DNA of 64,000 nt, taken from positions 72,027-136,026 of the forward strand of contig DATKZS010000140.1 of NCBI GenBank assembly GCA_035527835.1. Reading direction: 5' to 3'. Below the pieces are notes generated by a model. The model made no database searches. It was not told the origin of the DNA and worked only from the letters and a program-made list of their open reading frames with translations. Position numbers and translations under genes: made by a program. Positions 1-12,050 of this stretch are shown here, piece by piece. Origin of the DNA: a bacterium. GTDB lineage: Bacteria; RBG-13-61-14; DATKZS01. Each line of letters opens with the position of its first letter. Within the stretch, counting starts at the first letter, position 1.

Positions 1-243
1 GCCTGCGCACCTATAATAATGACTGGCGCTGGTTCCAGTTGCCGTGAGCAGGTTTCATAACCCTTTCAAGAGGAAGAAACAAGGATATTAAGGATAATCA
101 GGATAAGAAAATTTCTTGAATTTATCTTTAAAATCCTTGACATCCTTGTTTATAATCTTTTGGTCGGGGATGATGGTGCGGGTTGTGAAACCAGTTGGTG
201 AGAGAAAATTAAAGTCACGGGGCCGGGGAGGGAGATTAAAGCC

Positions 244-1644
244 ATGAACGAAGTGCGGATTGATTACACCAACGCGCTCACGGAGAGCGTGGGCCGCAAA
301 AACGGGATCGGCAAGAAGGAGCTCGCGGACCTCACGGAGCGGACGGCCATGGTGCACGCGGACCTGGCGGCGCGGCGCAAGGCCGGGGAGCTGCCTTTTT
401 ACGACCTGCCCTATCAGAACGTCACCAAGGTCCTGCAGCTCGTGAGCAAGCGGTGCAGCTCGTTTGATAACGTGGTGACGCTGGGCATCGGCGGTTCCGG
501 GCTGGGGGCAAGGGCGCTGGGGCGGGCCCTGTTGAAGCCGTATAACGAGCTCATGGACAACGCCAGCCGGCAGGGGTGTCCGCGGCTGTACGTGGCGGAC
601 AACATAGACCCGGAGAATTTCATGGGTCTGCTTGGCGCGCTCAACCTGTCGAAGACGATGTTCATCGTGATCTCGAAGTCGGGGGAGACGGCGGAGACGA
701 TGAGCCAGTTCTTGATCGCGCGCGACCTTTTGATCAAGAAGTACGGGGAGGACGGCTACCGGGAGCGGATGATCTCGATCACCGACCAGGAGAAGGGGTA
801 TCTGCGGGAGATCACCGACCGCGACGGACTGGAGTGGCTGCCGGTGCCGGCGGGGGTGGGCGGCCGCTACACCGTGTTCACTCCGGTGGGCCTGTTGCCG
901 GCGGCGGTATGCGGGATGGACGTGGTGGCGTTGCTCAAGGGCGCGGCGGCCATGGACCAGCGCACCAGGGAGCCGGAGCTATTGAAAAACCCGGCCTATC
1001 TGTTGGCCGCGCTGTTTTACCTGGCCGACGTCAAGCGCAAGAAGAACATCCTGGTCGTCATGCCCTACTCCTCGGGCCTCACCGACCTGGCCGAGTGGTT
1101 CCAGCAGCTATGGGCGGAGAGCCTGGGCAAGGCGGTGCACCTGGACGGGTCGCCGGCGGGCACGGGCTCGACGCCGGTTCGGGCGCTGGGCGCCACGGAC
1201 CAGCATTCGCAGGTGCAGCTTTACAAGGAGGGGCCGGCGGACAAGCTGGTGGCGTTCTTCAGGGTGGACCGGTTCCGGGACGACGCGCGCATTCCGACGG
1301 ACTTCAGCGACATCGAGGGCGTGGCCTACCTGGGCGGCCACAGCCTGGGTGAGCTGATCAACGCGGAGCAGTTGGCCACGGAGGTTGCCCTGGCCAAGGC
1401 CGGCCGGCCCAGCCTCCGCATCGAGCTCCCGCACGTTGACGCGGACGTGATGGGCCAGGTCATGTACATGCTGGAGGTGGCCACCGTGTTCGCCGGCGGG
1501 CTGTACCAGGTGAACCCGCTGGACCAGCCGGGAGTGGAGGCCGGAAAGCGCTACACCAATGCTCTCATGGGCAAGAAGGGATTTGACCAGGAGAGGGAAG
1601 AAATCGAAAAGATGGTGAAGGGCAGAAAAAGATTTATATTATAG
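244..1644 (+). CDS. pgi: glucose-6-phosphate isomerase
   Basis: 466 aa; PGI signature motifs GIGGSGLG and ISKSGETAET; full-length ORF. Confidence 0.9.
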   Translation: MNEVRIDYTNALTESVGRKNGIGKKELADLTERTAMVHADLAARRKAGELPFYDLPYQNVTKVLQLVSKRCSSFDNVVTLGIGGSGLGARALGRALLKPYNELMDNASRQGCPRLYVADNIDPENFMGLLGALNLSKTMFIVISKSGETAETMSQFLIARDLLIKKYGEDGYRERMISITDQEKGYLREITDRDGLEWLPVPAGVGGRYTVFTPVGLLPAAVCGMDVVALLKGAAAMDQRTREPELLKNPAYLLAALFYLADVKRKKNILVVMPYSSGLTDLAEWFQQLWAESLGKAVHLDGSPAGTGSTPVRALGATDQHSQVQLYKEGPADKLVAFFRVDRFRDDARIPTDFSDIEGVAYLGGHSLGELINAEQLATEVALAKAGRPSLRIELPHVDADVMGQVMYMLEVATVFAGGLYQVNPLDQPGVEAGKRYTNALMGKKGFDQEREEIEKMVKGRKRFIL

Positions 1645-1678
1645 CCAGGAGCCGGTAATGAGGCCGGGAGGCGAAAAA

Positions 1679-2137
1679 ATGAAAGCATATGGTCTGAGCA
1701 AGTTCCGGGTGAAGTCGGGAGCGGCCCTGCTCGGCGCGCCCATCCTGTTGATGGCCGTTGCGGCGTATATTTATTTTGCCGCCGCCGGGGCCGCGGGCGG
1801 GGCCGAGGCCGGCAAGGCCAGGGCCTGGATTGACAAGGATTGCGTGGCCCATCCGGCAACCATCACCGTGCCCGCGGGCAAGACGGCATCCGGCTTCAAG
1901 TCGGGCGGACTGGTCGCGGGCATCGCCTGCCACGGCGCGGGCGCGCCCGAGAACAAGGGCTTTGCCATCCGCGACGGCAGGAACAATCCCGTTTACCTGT
2001 GGAGCCAGTACCAGGACCAGACGCCTTATGAAAAGGGCGGTCCGCTCGATAAGCTCACGCTGCCTTCCGGCGAGTACAAGCTCACGGTGGCGGGCGGGGC
2101 CGGGGCTGAGATCACGCTGGAATATCAGCTTAAATAA
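1679..2137 (+). CDS. hypothetical secreted protein
   Basis: ORF 1658..2137 with internal ATG after GGAGG; N-terminal hydrophobic signal-like segment; no recognisable domain. Confidence 0.5.
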   Translation: MKAYGLSKFRVKSGAALLGAPILLMAVAAYIYFAAAGAAGGAEAGKARAWIDKDCVAHPATITVPAGKTASGFKSGGLVAGIACHGAGAPENKGFAIRDGRNNPVYLWSQYQDQTPYEKGGPLDKLTLPSGEYKLTVAGGAGAEITLEYQLK

Positions 2138-2195
2138 TCGGGCTCGTTTTCCATCCGGGGCGCTTAAGCCGGCGCCCCTTTTATTATTTGAGACC

Positions 2196-2453
2196 ACTCT
2201 TGTCCAAAATAGGAGCCAAGAAAACCGCCAAGGCGCCAAGAACGCCAAGAATCGCCAAGTAAATCCTGGTGTTTCTTAGAGGCGGGAGTAAAAAACAGCA
2301 CCAGTGCTTTGGCCCCAACCTGCTTGGCGAACCGGCTGACGGGAGCGCCAAGAAAGAATCATTTGCCTGGAAGCTGGACTGAGATTGAAATAATTATAAC
2401 GTTTGGCGTTCTTGGCGCCTTGGCGGTTTTCCGGTCCGTTTATTTTGGACAGC
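2196..2453. repeat. long inverted repeat; arms of about 53 nt built from CGCCAAG-type words, about 150 bp apart
   Basis: 2196-2248 (..aaaaccgccaaggcgccaagaacgccaag) is the reverse complement of 2401-2453 (cttggcgttcttggcgccttggcggtttt..), including the flanking gtccaaaata segment. Confidence 0.8.
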
Positions 2454-2474
2454 ACTGATTTGAGACGGTGAAAA

Positions 2475-3695
2475 ATGACGGAAGTTAAGGAGAAGAGCGG
2501 GTTCATGGGCTTCAAGCGCAACATTTACGCGCTTGGTCTGGTGAGCCTTTTCACGGACATCAGCTCGGAGATGGCGTATCCGCTGATTCCGGACCTGATG
2601 AAGGCGGTGGGCGCGGGGGCGGCGGCGCTGGGGGTGGTCGAGGGAGTGGCGGAGGCCACGGCGAGCGTGATGAAGGCGGTGTCGGGTTACGTCTCGGACC
2701 GCTTCGGCAAGCGCAAGCAGCCGGTGTTCATCGGTTACCTGATGTCGGGCCTTGCCAAGCCGCTGTTGGGCCTTGCGGTGAGCTGGCCGCTTATTTTGCT
2801 CATCCGGTTTTCCGACCGGATGGGCAAGGGCATCCGGACGGCGCCGCGCGACGCGCTGCTGGCGGATTCGAGCCCGCCGGACAAGATGGGCGCGGCGTTC
2901 GGGCTGCACCGGGCCATGGACACCATGGGAGCGGTGCTGGGGCCGGCGCTCGCCTATTTCCTGCTCCATGGAATGGGCGTGGGCCTGACCAGCGTCTTCA
3001 TCCTGGCGGCCGTGCCCGCGGCGATCGGGCTCGCGGTGATCGGCGCCGGAGTCAAGGAAGTCCCGCCCAGGCGGGCAAAGTCCGGGCCTTTCCGCTTCAG
3101 CTTTAAAGACCTGAGCCCCGGCCTGAAACGGTTCATCCTGGTTTCCGGCCTCTTCAGCCTGGGCAACTTCCCGGCCGTATTCCTCATCCTGCGCTGCCGC
3201 GAGCTGGGAATTGACACCGATCACGTCATCCTGATCTACCTCCTCAATAACCTGGTCTATTCGCTCACGTCCCTGCCCGCGGGAGCGCTGTCCGACCGGA
3301 TCGGCCGCAAGGCCATGCTGACCGCCGCATACCTCATGTTCGCGGCCGTGTTCGCGGCGGGGGCCATGGCCGCAACGCCATTGCACGCGGTAATTGTCTT
3401 CATGGGCTACGGGGTGTTCCAGGGCATCTACGAGGGCTCGAGCCGCGCCTTGCTCGCGGACCTGGAGCCTTCCGAGCGCAGGGCCTCCAGCTATGGCGTG
3501 CTCCACGCCGTCATCGGCATGGCCATGCTGCCCGGTGGCATCATGGCCGGCGCGCTGTGGAAATTCGCCGGCGCGCCCGCGGCCTTCGGCCTCTCCGCCG
3601 CCATCGGCGTGGCCGCCGCGGTGCTGTTCGTCGTGCTGGTCTCCCCTCCGGCCGCCCCCGCGACAGAGAAAAATATCGCTCCTCCAGAGCAATGA
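2475..3695 (+). CDS. MFS transporter
   Basis: 406 aa, about 12 predicted TM helices; MFS-like motif G-x-x-SDRFGKRK after TM2. Confidence 0.85.
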   Translation: MTEVKEKSGFMGFKRNIYALGLVSLFTDISSEMAYPLIPDLMKAVGAGAAALGVVEGVAEATASVMKAVSGYVSDRFGKRKQPVFIGYLMSGLAKPLLGLAVSWPLILLIRFSDRMGKGIRTAPRDALLADSSPPDKMGAAFGLHRAMDTMGAVLGPALAYFLLHGMGVGLTSVFILAAVPAAIGLAVIGAGVKEVPPRRAKSGPFRFSFKDLSPGLKRFILVSGLFSLGNFPAVFLILRCRELGIDTDHVILIYLLNNLVYSLTSLPAGALSDRIGRKAMLTAAYLMFAAVFAAGAMAATPLHAVIVFMGYGVFQGIYEGSSRALLADLEPSERRASSYGVLHAVIGMAMLPGGIMAGALWKFAGAPAAFGLSAAIGVAAAVLFVVLVSPPAAPATEKNIAPPEQ

Positions 3696-3768
3696 AAAAG
3701 CCGTGAAAAAAGCTGCTCCGCTTGACCCTTCTGGATGCCTCTGTTATCTTGCGGAGAAGCGGGTTTAA

Positions 3769-5528
<1,760 letters not shown>

Positions 5529-5558
5529 CCCGCCCGCCGCGGGAAAGACTGGTCCTGC

Positions 5559-6512
5559 ATGGCGCGTTCTGACGAGGCCAGGCAACTGATCGGCGACCGG
5601 GGGGCCCAAGTCTTTGTCGAGATGCCGTGCGGGCAAAACGGCATCCCGGTGCTGGCCGTCCGGGCAACGGGGCTGGCCGAGGCCTGGGAGCTCAGCCTGC
5701 TCGCCCTCTACGGCCACGGCTGCGAAATCCGCACCGAGTACGACCACAAGGACGGGTCCGGCAACTACCTGGACCCGCCCAGCCTGGACTGCTCCATGCG
5801 GATCATCATCACCGATCCCTTCTCCGAGCCCATGATCCACCGCTGTTTTCCCGGCGGGCTCGATGCCCTCGAAGAATACCGCCAGGAGGTGCTGGACGGG
5901 ATCAAGGACCACTGGCGCCGCAACCCGGACGATCCCGCGGACCAGCGCTGGGAATACACCTACCACGAGCGCATCTTCAACTATTGCCTGCCGGGGCAAA
6001 GGCAGGGCATTGACCAGATCGAGGCCGTGGTGGACGGGCTGTGTAAAAGCCCGCACTCGCGGCGGCAGCAGGCCGTGGTCTGGAAGGTGTGGGAAGACCT
6101 GGGCATCCACGACCCCGCCTGCCTCCAGTCGCTGTGGTTCCGCATCCTGCCCGGACCGGACGGGGTCTGGCGACTCAACATGAACGTGCGCTTCCGCTCC
6201 CGCGACGCTTACGACGCCGCCTTCATGAACTGCTTTGCCCTGGCCGCGCTGATGCAAAGGGTGGCCCAGAAAGTGGCCGAGCGCTCCGGGCGCGAGGTCA
6301 AGCTCGGCCGCTACGTGGACGAGTCGGACTCGTACCACATCTATGGCCAGAGGATCGCGGACTTCCAGGCGCGGTTCCTGAAGCAGGTCGGCGTGCGGTC
6401 GTTCGAGGACCGCACTTGGACCATGGAGTTCGCCGAGCCCCTGTTCGAGGAGGCTAGGCCCAAGATCGCCGAAAAAATCAGAACGCACGATGAGGAGCGA
6501 GGACATAAGTGA
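5559..6512 (+). CDS. thymidylate synthase-fold protein (ThyA-like, divergent)
   Basis: Alignable by eye to ThyA core: SRRxxxxxW, PAC (Cys nucleophile region), FRSRD, DSYHIY. N-terminal third is divergent. Confidence 0.55.
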   Translation: MARSDEARQLIGDRGAQVFVEMPCGQNGIPVLAVRATGLAEAWELSLLALYGHGCEIRTEYDHKDGSGNYLDPPSLDCSMRIIITDPFSEPMIHRCFPGGLDALEEYRQEVLDGIKDHWRRNPDDPADQRWEYTYHERIFNYCLPGQRQGIDQIEAVVDGLCKSPHSRRQQAVVWKVWEDLGIHDPACLQSLWFRILPGPDGVWRLNMNVRFRSRDAYDAAFMNCFALAALMQRVAQKVAERSGREVKLGRYVDESDSYHIYGQRIADFQARFLKQVGVRSFEDRTWTMEFAEPLFEEARPKIAEKIRTHDEERGHK

Positions 6513-6617
6513 CGCTCAGCAGAGGCAGGACAGACATTCTTGTCTGTCCGGCCATGTATTTTACGAACAGTTTCTTGTGCCGTGAGGCGGCGTCCGGAAA
6601 TCAAGCAAATTTTTCCA

Positions 6618-6696
6618 GACAGGATTAACAGGATTAACGGGATGAAAAAACAAGAAGCTTATTCCGAAAATCCTGTAAATCCTGTTAATCCTGTCT
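6618..6696. terminator. word-repeat hairpin (GGATTAAC words)
   Basis: gacaggattaacaggattaacggg ... cctgtaaatcctgttaatcctgtc, between the thyA-like and DegT genes. Confidence 0.6.
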
Positions 6697-6718
6697 ACAA
6701 ATTTTCTCGGCAGGTAAA

Positions 6719-7831
6719 GTGACAATGAACATTCCGTTAGTTGATCTGGCCGCGCAATTTAGGGGCATCGAGGCGGAGGTCCTGAAAAGGATCGAGTCCG
6801 TGGTCCGCGCGCAGCGCTTCATCCTGGGCCCGGAAGTGGAGGAGGCCGAAAAAAAGATCGCCGAGTATTGCGGCACTCCGTTCGGCGTGGGCGTGGCCTC
6901 CGGCACCGACGCCCTCATCCTTTCCCTCCGCGCGCTGGGCATCGGCCCGGGAGACGAGGTGATCACCACTCCCTTTACCTTTTACGCCACCGCGTCCAGC
7001 GTGGTCCACGCCGGCGCAACGCCCGTGTTCGCGGACATCGAGCCGGACACCTGCCTGATCAGCGCGGAGGCCGTGGAAGCGGCCGTCACCGCCCGGACGC
7101 GCGCCATGATCCCGGTCCACCTTTTCGGCCAATGCGCGGACATGGGCCGGATCATGGAGATCGCACAGCGGCACGGCCTCGCGGTGGTGGAGGATGCGTG
7201 CCAGGCCATCGGCGCGGAGTTCGAGGGAAGACGGGCGGGGGCCATCGGCGACGCCGGCGCCTTGAGCTTTTATCCGTCCAAGAACCTGGGCGGGTACGGT
7301 GACGGGGGCATGGTGGTGACGCGGCGGGCCGACGCGGCCGAGAACCTGCGCCTGCTCCGGGTCCACGGCGCTAAGAGCGAGTACCGGCACGAGGTCATCG
7401 GCTACAACAGCCGCCTCGACACCATCCAGGCCGCCGTGCTCCTTTGCAAGCTCCCCCATCTCGAACAGTGGGGAAAGGCCCGGAGGAAAAACGCCGCGAT
7501 TTACGGCCGGCGCTTCGCGGGCACGTCCGTCCGGCCGCTGGCGCTGCGGCCCGGGCGCAAACACGTTTACAATAACTACGTGGTCCGGGTCCCGCGCCGC
7601 GACGAGCTCATGGCCCATCTCAAGGCTTTAGCCATCGGCTGCGCCGTTTATTACCCGGAGCCGCTCAGCAAGATGGCCTGCTTCGCGCGCTGCGTCGGCG
7701 GGGCGGCGTTCCCGGCGGCGGAGGAAGCCGCGCGCACTTGCCTGGCCATCCCCGCCTATCCCGAGATGACGGAGGAAATGGTGGAAAGCGTGGCCGACGC
7801 CGTGCTTGCGTTTTTCGGAGAGGGGAAGTGA
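6719..7831 (+). CDS. DegT/DnrJ/EryC1/StrS-family PLP-dependent aminotransferase
   Basis: 370 aa; typical DegT N-terminus (IPLVDL..., GTDAL) and SFYPSKNLG lysine region. Confidence 0.88.
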   Translation: MTMNIPLVDLAAQFRGIEAEVLKRIESVVRAQRFILGPEVEEAEKKIAEYCGTPFGVGVASGTDALILSLRALGIGPGDEVITTPFTFYATASSVVHAGATPVFADIEPDTCLISAEAVEAAVTARTRAMIPVHLFGQCADMGRIMEIAQRHGLAVVEDACQAIGAEFEGRRAGAIGDAGALSFYPSKNLGGYGDGGMVVTRRADAAENLRLLRVHGAKSEYRHEVIGYNSRLDTIQAAVLLCKLPHLEQWGKARRKNAAIYGRRFAGTSVRPLALRPGRKHVYNNYVVRVPRRDELMAHLKALAIGCAVYYPEPLSKMACFARCVGGAAFPAAEEAARTCLAIPAYPEMTEEMVESVADAVLAFFGEGK

Positions 7832-7884
7832 GGGCGGAATTCACCGACCAGACGCCGAGGCTTACGAGAAGGAAGATTTTTTTC

Positions 7885-7973
7885 AACCGCAGAGGCGCAG
7901 AGAACGCAAAGAATATCAAAGCTTGTCTTATTGATTTTAAAATTTTCTCCGCGTTCTCTGCGCCTCCGCGGTT
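7885..7973. terminator. word-repeat hairpin (CGCAGAG words)
   Basis: aaccgcagaggcgcagagaacgcaaag / ctccgcgttctctgcgcctccgcggtt with an AT-rich loop; lies between convergent genes. Confidence 0.65.
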
Positions 7974-7994
7974 ATAATAAAAGCTTATTCACCT

Positions 7995-8639
7995 TTAATA
8001 CGCTCCGTCCTCCGCCGGCGTCTTGTCCTCTCTCACCACCTTGACGGTGAGCTTCACCTGGTCCTTGCCGGAGTCGTAATCCATGATGCGCAGCGGCATG
8101 TCCTTGAGCAGGGCCTGGGTCTCCAGGGTGCCCTCGATCCAGCGGGAGGCCATCACCAGCAGGGGCTTGGGCCATTTGAACTCACCGGTGCGCAGGCCGT
8201 AAACGCTGACCTCGAAGTCTGCGTTATCGGCCTTGATGAAGGCCCGGAGCTCGCCGTTCAGGTACTTGCCCTCCCGCACCCGGCGGGCGAACGTGACGTC
8301 CGTCACCGTATCGCCGAAGGACACCGCGGCGCGGCAATCCACGCCTTCCCGGGTGAAGTATTCATCGAGCAGGCGGCCGGCCTCGCTGCCCTTCAAGGAT
8401 ACCTTCTGCTCCCCTTCCTTGTTCTGCTTCATCAGCAGCGCGATGGGCGCGAGCTTTCCGGCCAGCGCGGCCTCGTCGAGCTTGGTCCACTTATCCGCGA
8501 ACACCGACTCGGGCTCATCGGCCAGCATCCGCGTGTTGACCCAGTGGTACCCCGCTGCAAACAGCGCGATCGCCCCGATCACCAGCCCCACCGCCACCGC
8601 GCCCGCGAAGCCGATGCACCCGCATCCCTTGCTCATCAA
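7995..8639 (-). CDS. hypothetical membrane-anchored protein
   Basis: 214 aa; N-terminal TM helix; no recognisable domain. Confidence 0.5.
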   Translation of the reverse strand: MMSKGCGCIGFAGAVAVGLVIGAIALFAAGYHWVNTRMLADEPESVFADKWTKLDEAALAGKLAPIALLMKQNKEGEQKVSLKGSEAGRLLDEYFTREGVDCRAAVSFGDTVTDVTFARRVREGKYLNGELRAFIKADNADFEVSVYGLRTGEFKWPKPLLVMASRWIEGTLETQALLKDMPLRIMDYDSGKDQVKLTVKVVREDKTPAEDGAY

Positions 8640-8676
8640 TCAATTCCTCCAACGACCAAAAACATTCAAAAAATAA

Positions 8677-8732
8677 TTAAACGCCAAAACGCCAAGATTT
8701 TTTCAAAAATTAATTTTGGCGTCGGCGTTAAA
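8677..8732. terminator. word-repeat hairpin (CGCCAA words, imperfect)
   Basis: aaacgccaaaacgccaag...ttggcgtcggcgtt. Confidence 0.5.
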
Positions 8733-8749
8733 AACTTTGACCCTTCCCC

Positions 8750-11206
8750 TCACCCCACGGTTCCGAGTTTCAGGCCCTTGCCCCACCGCCGGCGCAGCAT
8801 GCCCCGGAGCTGAAGGTGGCCGGGCTCCGACAGGCCGGGGTCGGCGTTCACCAGCTCAAAGGCGTCCGCCCGCGCGTCCTGCAGCACCTCGGCGTCCCTT
8901 ATGATATTCGCTACTCGGAAATCGGGCAAGCCGGATTGCCGTGTCCCGAAAAATTCACCGGGGCCGCGCATTGCCAGGTCCTCCTCCGCGATCTTGAAGC
9001 CGTCGGAGAGCTTCTCCATCACCTTGAGCCTATGGAAGGCGTCCTCCGACGGCACGTAGCCCGCCACCAGGATGCAGCGCGACGCGTGCGCGCCCCGGCC
9101 CACCCGGCCCCGGAGCTGGTGGAGCTGGGACAGACCGAACCGCTCCGCGTGCTCGATCACCATCAGCGACGCGTTAGGCACGTCAATCCCGACCTCGATC
9201 ACCGTGGTCGCCACCAGCACGTTCAGCTCTCCCCGGTGAAAGAGCCGCATCACCTGGTCCTTCTCCTCGGCCTTCATCCGGCCGTGCACCAGGCCCACCC
9301 GGAGGTCCGGGAAAACATCATTACGCAGGTGTTCGGCCATGGTGGTGGCGTCGCGCAGCTCAAGTCCCTCGGACTCCTCCACCAGCGGATACACCATGAA
9401 AACCTGCCGGCCCCGCCCTGCCTCCTTCCGGATCTCCGCGTAAACCTTGTCCCGGTCGCGGTCGCTGAACAGCCGCGTCGCCACCGGCGTCCGGCCCGGC
9501 GGCATCTCCCGGATCACGGAAACCGCCAGGTCGCCGTAAAGCGTCATGGCCAGCGTCCGCGGAATCGGCGTCGCGGTCATGACCAGCAAATGCGGGCTCA
9601 AGCCCTCGGGGCTCTTGGCCTTGAGCCTCGCCCGCTGCATCACCCCGAAGCGGTGCTGCTCGTCAATTATTCCCAGCGCCAGTCCCTTGAACCTCACCTT
9701 CTCCTGGATCAGCGCGTGCGTCCCGATCACGAGGTCCAGCGATCCGTCCTCGATCCCCCTGATGACGCGGTCGCGCTCCTGGCCGCGCACCGAGCCGGTG
9801 TGCAGCGCGGCCCGCACCGGCAAGTCCTTGAAGAACATGGAAACGGTCCGGTAGTGCTGTTCCGCGAGAAGCTCGGTCGGCGCCATGATCGCGGCCTGAT
9901 GGCCAGCCTCGATCACCAAGAGCGCCGCGGCCAGCGCCACCACCGTTTTGCCCGACCCCACGTCGCCCTGCAACAGCCGATGCATGGAATACGGCCGCGC
10001 CATGTCGGCCTGGATCTCGGCGAGCACCTTTTCCTGGGCCCGGGTGAATTTAAAGGGCAGCGACGCGCGGAACTTTTCCAGCAGATGGCCGCCGCTCTTC
10101 ACCGCCGCCGCCGGCTCCTCCACCAGGCCCCGCCGCCGGAGAGCCAGCCCGAGCTCGAGCCAGAACAATTCCTCGTAAACCAGCCGCCGGTGCGCGGGCG
10201 TTGCGAACGCGTTCAGCTCCACGATGTCGGCCTCGTCCGGCGGCACGTGGCACAGGGCCAGGGCCTGGCCCGGAGGAAGCAGCGAGCGCCTCTCCACCAG
10301 CTCCGGCGGCAGCGCTTCCGGGACCTTATCGTTGAACAGCGCCAGCGCCTGGCCGGCGATCCGGCGGATGCTCTTCTGGTGCAGCCCCTCGGTGGACGGA
10401 TAGATCGGGACGATCCCGGCCAGCGACGACAGGTCGTCCTCCGTCTCCGCCGCTTCGACCACCTCCACGTCCGGGTGGTGCATCTCCAGGTTCTTGCCGT
10501 ATTCCCGCACCGCCCCGCTCGCCAGCACCATCTGGCCCTTCTTGAACCTCTTCTCCAGGTAGTCGCCCGCGTACTTGAACCAGGTGGCCGTGATCACGCC
10601 CGTGCCGTCGGAGATGAGCATGTGGAACATGCGGCGGTTGCCGCGCCGCGTCACCGGCCCGCATACCATGACCTCCGCGTACACCGTGGCCCTTTTCCCC
10701 ACCACCGTGTCCCGGATCTTGACCAAGTCGCGCCGGTCCTCGTAACGCGACGGCAGATGATAGAGCAGGTCCTCCACCGTGAGCACCCCGAGCCGCGCCA
10801 GCTTCTCCGCGACCCACGGGCCCACGCCCTTGACATACTGCGCGTCGCTGTCCAGGTCCTTGAACAGCGCGAGAAGATTCTGTTCCTCGGCGGTGAGCGC
10901 GTCACGCCCGCGCTCCGGTCCCGGCATGGACGGGGCGCCGGCTTTTTTTTCGACGCGGTCGAGGATGCGGATGAGCGTGATGACGCGGGTCATGCGGTCA
11001 TTGCCGGAGAGCTCGTCCAGTCCGTCGAGCGCGGACCGGAACTCTGATAAAGCGGGCGAGGAAGCGGGATGGCGGTCGAGGATGGCGAGGAGAGTGCGGC
11101 CCAGGTCGGGCATGATCTGGAGCCGGGCCGGGGAGAGGCCGGAGGCGTATTCCAGGGGCTTGCGCAGCAAGCGGAGCGCCTGGCCCAGATCGTCCTCGGC
11201 GCTCAT
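8750..11206 (-). CDS. recG: ATP-dependent DNA helicase RecG
   Basis: 818 aa; Walker A GSGKT, DEQHRFGV, helicase C motifs QLRGRVGRG; ATGA overlap with the upstream small gene. Confidence 0.88.
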   Translation of the reverse strand: MSAEDDLGQALRLLRKPLEYASGLSPARLQIMPDLGRTLLAILDRHPASSPALSEFRSALDGLDELSGNDRMTRVITLIRILDRVEKKAGAPSMPGPERGRDALTAEEQNLLALFKDLDSDAQYVKGVGPWVAEKLARLGVLTVEDLLYHLPSRYEDRRDLVKIRDTVVGKRATVYAEVMVCGPVTRRGNRRMFHMLISDGTGVITATWFKYAGDYLEKRFKKGQMVLASGAVREYGKNLEMHHPDVEVVEAAETEDDLSSLAGIVPIYPSTEGLHQKSIRRIAGQALALFNDKVPEALPPELVERRSLLPPGQALALCHVPPDEADIVELNAFATPAHRRLVYEELFWLELGLALRRRGLVEEPAAAVKSGGHLLEKFRASLPFKFTRAQEKVLAEIQADMARPYSMHRLLQGDVGSGKTVVALAAALLVIEAGHQAAIMAPTELLAEQHYRTVSMFFKDLPVRAALHTGSVRGQERDRVIRGIEDGSLDLVIGTHALIQEKVRFKGLALGIIDEQHRFGVMQRARLKAKSPEGLSPHLLVMTATPIPRTLAMTLYGDLAVSVIREMPPGRTPVATRLFSDRDRDKVYAEIRKEAGRGRQVFMVYPLVEESEGLELRDATTMAEHLRNDVFPDLRVGLVHGRMKAEEKDQVMRLFHRGELNVLVATTVIEVGIDVPNASLMVIEHAERFGLSQLHQLRGRVGRGAHASRCILVAGYVPSEDAFHRLKVMEKLSDGFKIAEEDLAMRGPGEFFGTRQSGLPDFRVANIIRDAEVLQDARADAFELVNADPGLSEPGHLQLRGMLRRRWGKGLKLGTVG

Positions 11207-11409
11207 GAACCCGGCTTGATGGCCGCCTTGAGATCGGCGATGAGCGCGGAGAGCGGCACGCCGTGGTTCTGCGCCGCGTGACGCAGCGTCTCGGTTTCAA
11301 GGCCCTTGCAGGAGCCGCACAACAGGCCGTGCCGGGTCAGGACCTTGCGCGCCTCCGGGTGCTTTTTCATCAGGTCGAAGACGAGCGAACCGGCGTTGAT
11401 TTCCTCCAT
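11203..11409 (-). CDS. DUF1858-like small protein
   Basis: 68 aa starting at MEEINAG; the listed ORF start was trimmed because the upstream part reads through a hairpin repeat; translationally coupled to recG. Confidence 0.5.
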   Translation of the reverse strand: MEEINAGSLVFDLMKKHPEARKVLTRHGLLCGSCKGLETETLRHAAQNHGVPLSALIADLKAAIKPGS

Positions 11410-11448
11410 GGGCGTGCTCCTTTCATTACATCCGCGGCTTGCCTTAGC

Positions 11449-11562
11449 TTGAAGAAAGGCTTGAGGCGTGGGGCGTGAGGCTTGAGGATGCCGCATGGCT
11501 GGTCTTTCTTCCCCAAGCCTCAAGCCCCAAGCCTCAAACCCCAAGCCCCAAGCCCCAAGCCC
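11449..11562. terminator. word-repeat hairpin (GCCTCAAG/CCCCAAG words)
   Basis: gcttgaggcgtggggcgtgaggcttgagg ... ccccaagcctcaagccccaagcctcaaacc. Confidence 0.65.
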
Positions 11563-11567
11563 CCTCT

Positions 11568-12050
11568 TCATGCAGTGTACTCGACCTTCATGATGATGTA
11601 TTCTTTTTTGCCGCGCGGCGTCTTGACGATGACTTCCTCGTCCTCTTCCTTGCCGATCAGGGCCTTGGCGATGGGAGAGGTGTAGGAAATCTTGTTGGTC
11701 TTGGTGTCGGCCTCGTCCTCCCCCACGATCTGGAAGCGCGAGGTTTGGTCCGTTTCCTGGTCCTCCACCGTGACCGTGGCCCCGAAGATCACCCGGTCGC
11801 CGCTGAGCTTGCTCGGGTCTATCACCTCCGCCCGCGCCATCTTGTCCTCCATCTGCCGGATCTGCGCCGCGATGATCCCCTGCTTATCCTTGGCCGCATG
11901 ATATTCCGCATTCTCGGACAGGTCGCCCAGCTCCCTTGCCGCCCCGATCTCCCGTGAGATCCGCGGCATCTCCACCTCTTTAAATGTCCGAAGCCTTTCT
12001 TTTAATAACTCGTACCCGCGAGGAGTCATCGGCTCCCGTTGCGCACTCAC
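11568..12050 (-). CDS. greA: transcription elongation factor GreA
   Basis: 160 aa; N-terminal coiled-coil plus C-terminal FKBP-like domain; conserved GDLSENAEY. Confidence 0.9.
   Translation of the reverse strand: MSAQREPMTPRGYELLKERLRTFKEVEMPRISREIGAARELGDLSENAEYHAAKDKQGIIAAQIRQMEDKMARAEVIDPSKLSGDRVIFGATVTVEDQETDQTSRFQIVGEDEADTKTNKISYTSPIAKALIGKEEDEEVIVKTPRGKKEYIIMKVEYTA

Noticed and set aside
6540-6722. 61-aa ORF upstream of the DegT gene
   Set aside because: It lies entirely within the GGATTAAC word-repeat hairpin and its loop. It is most likely noncoding.
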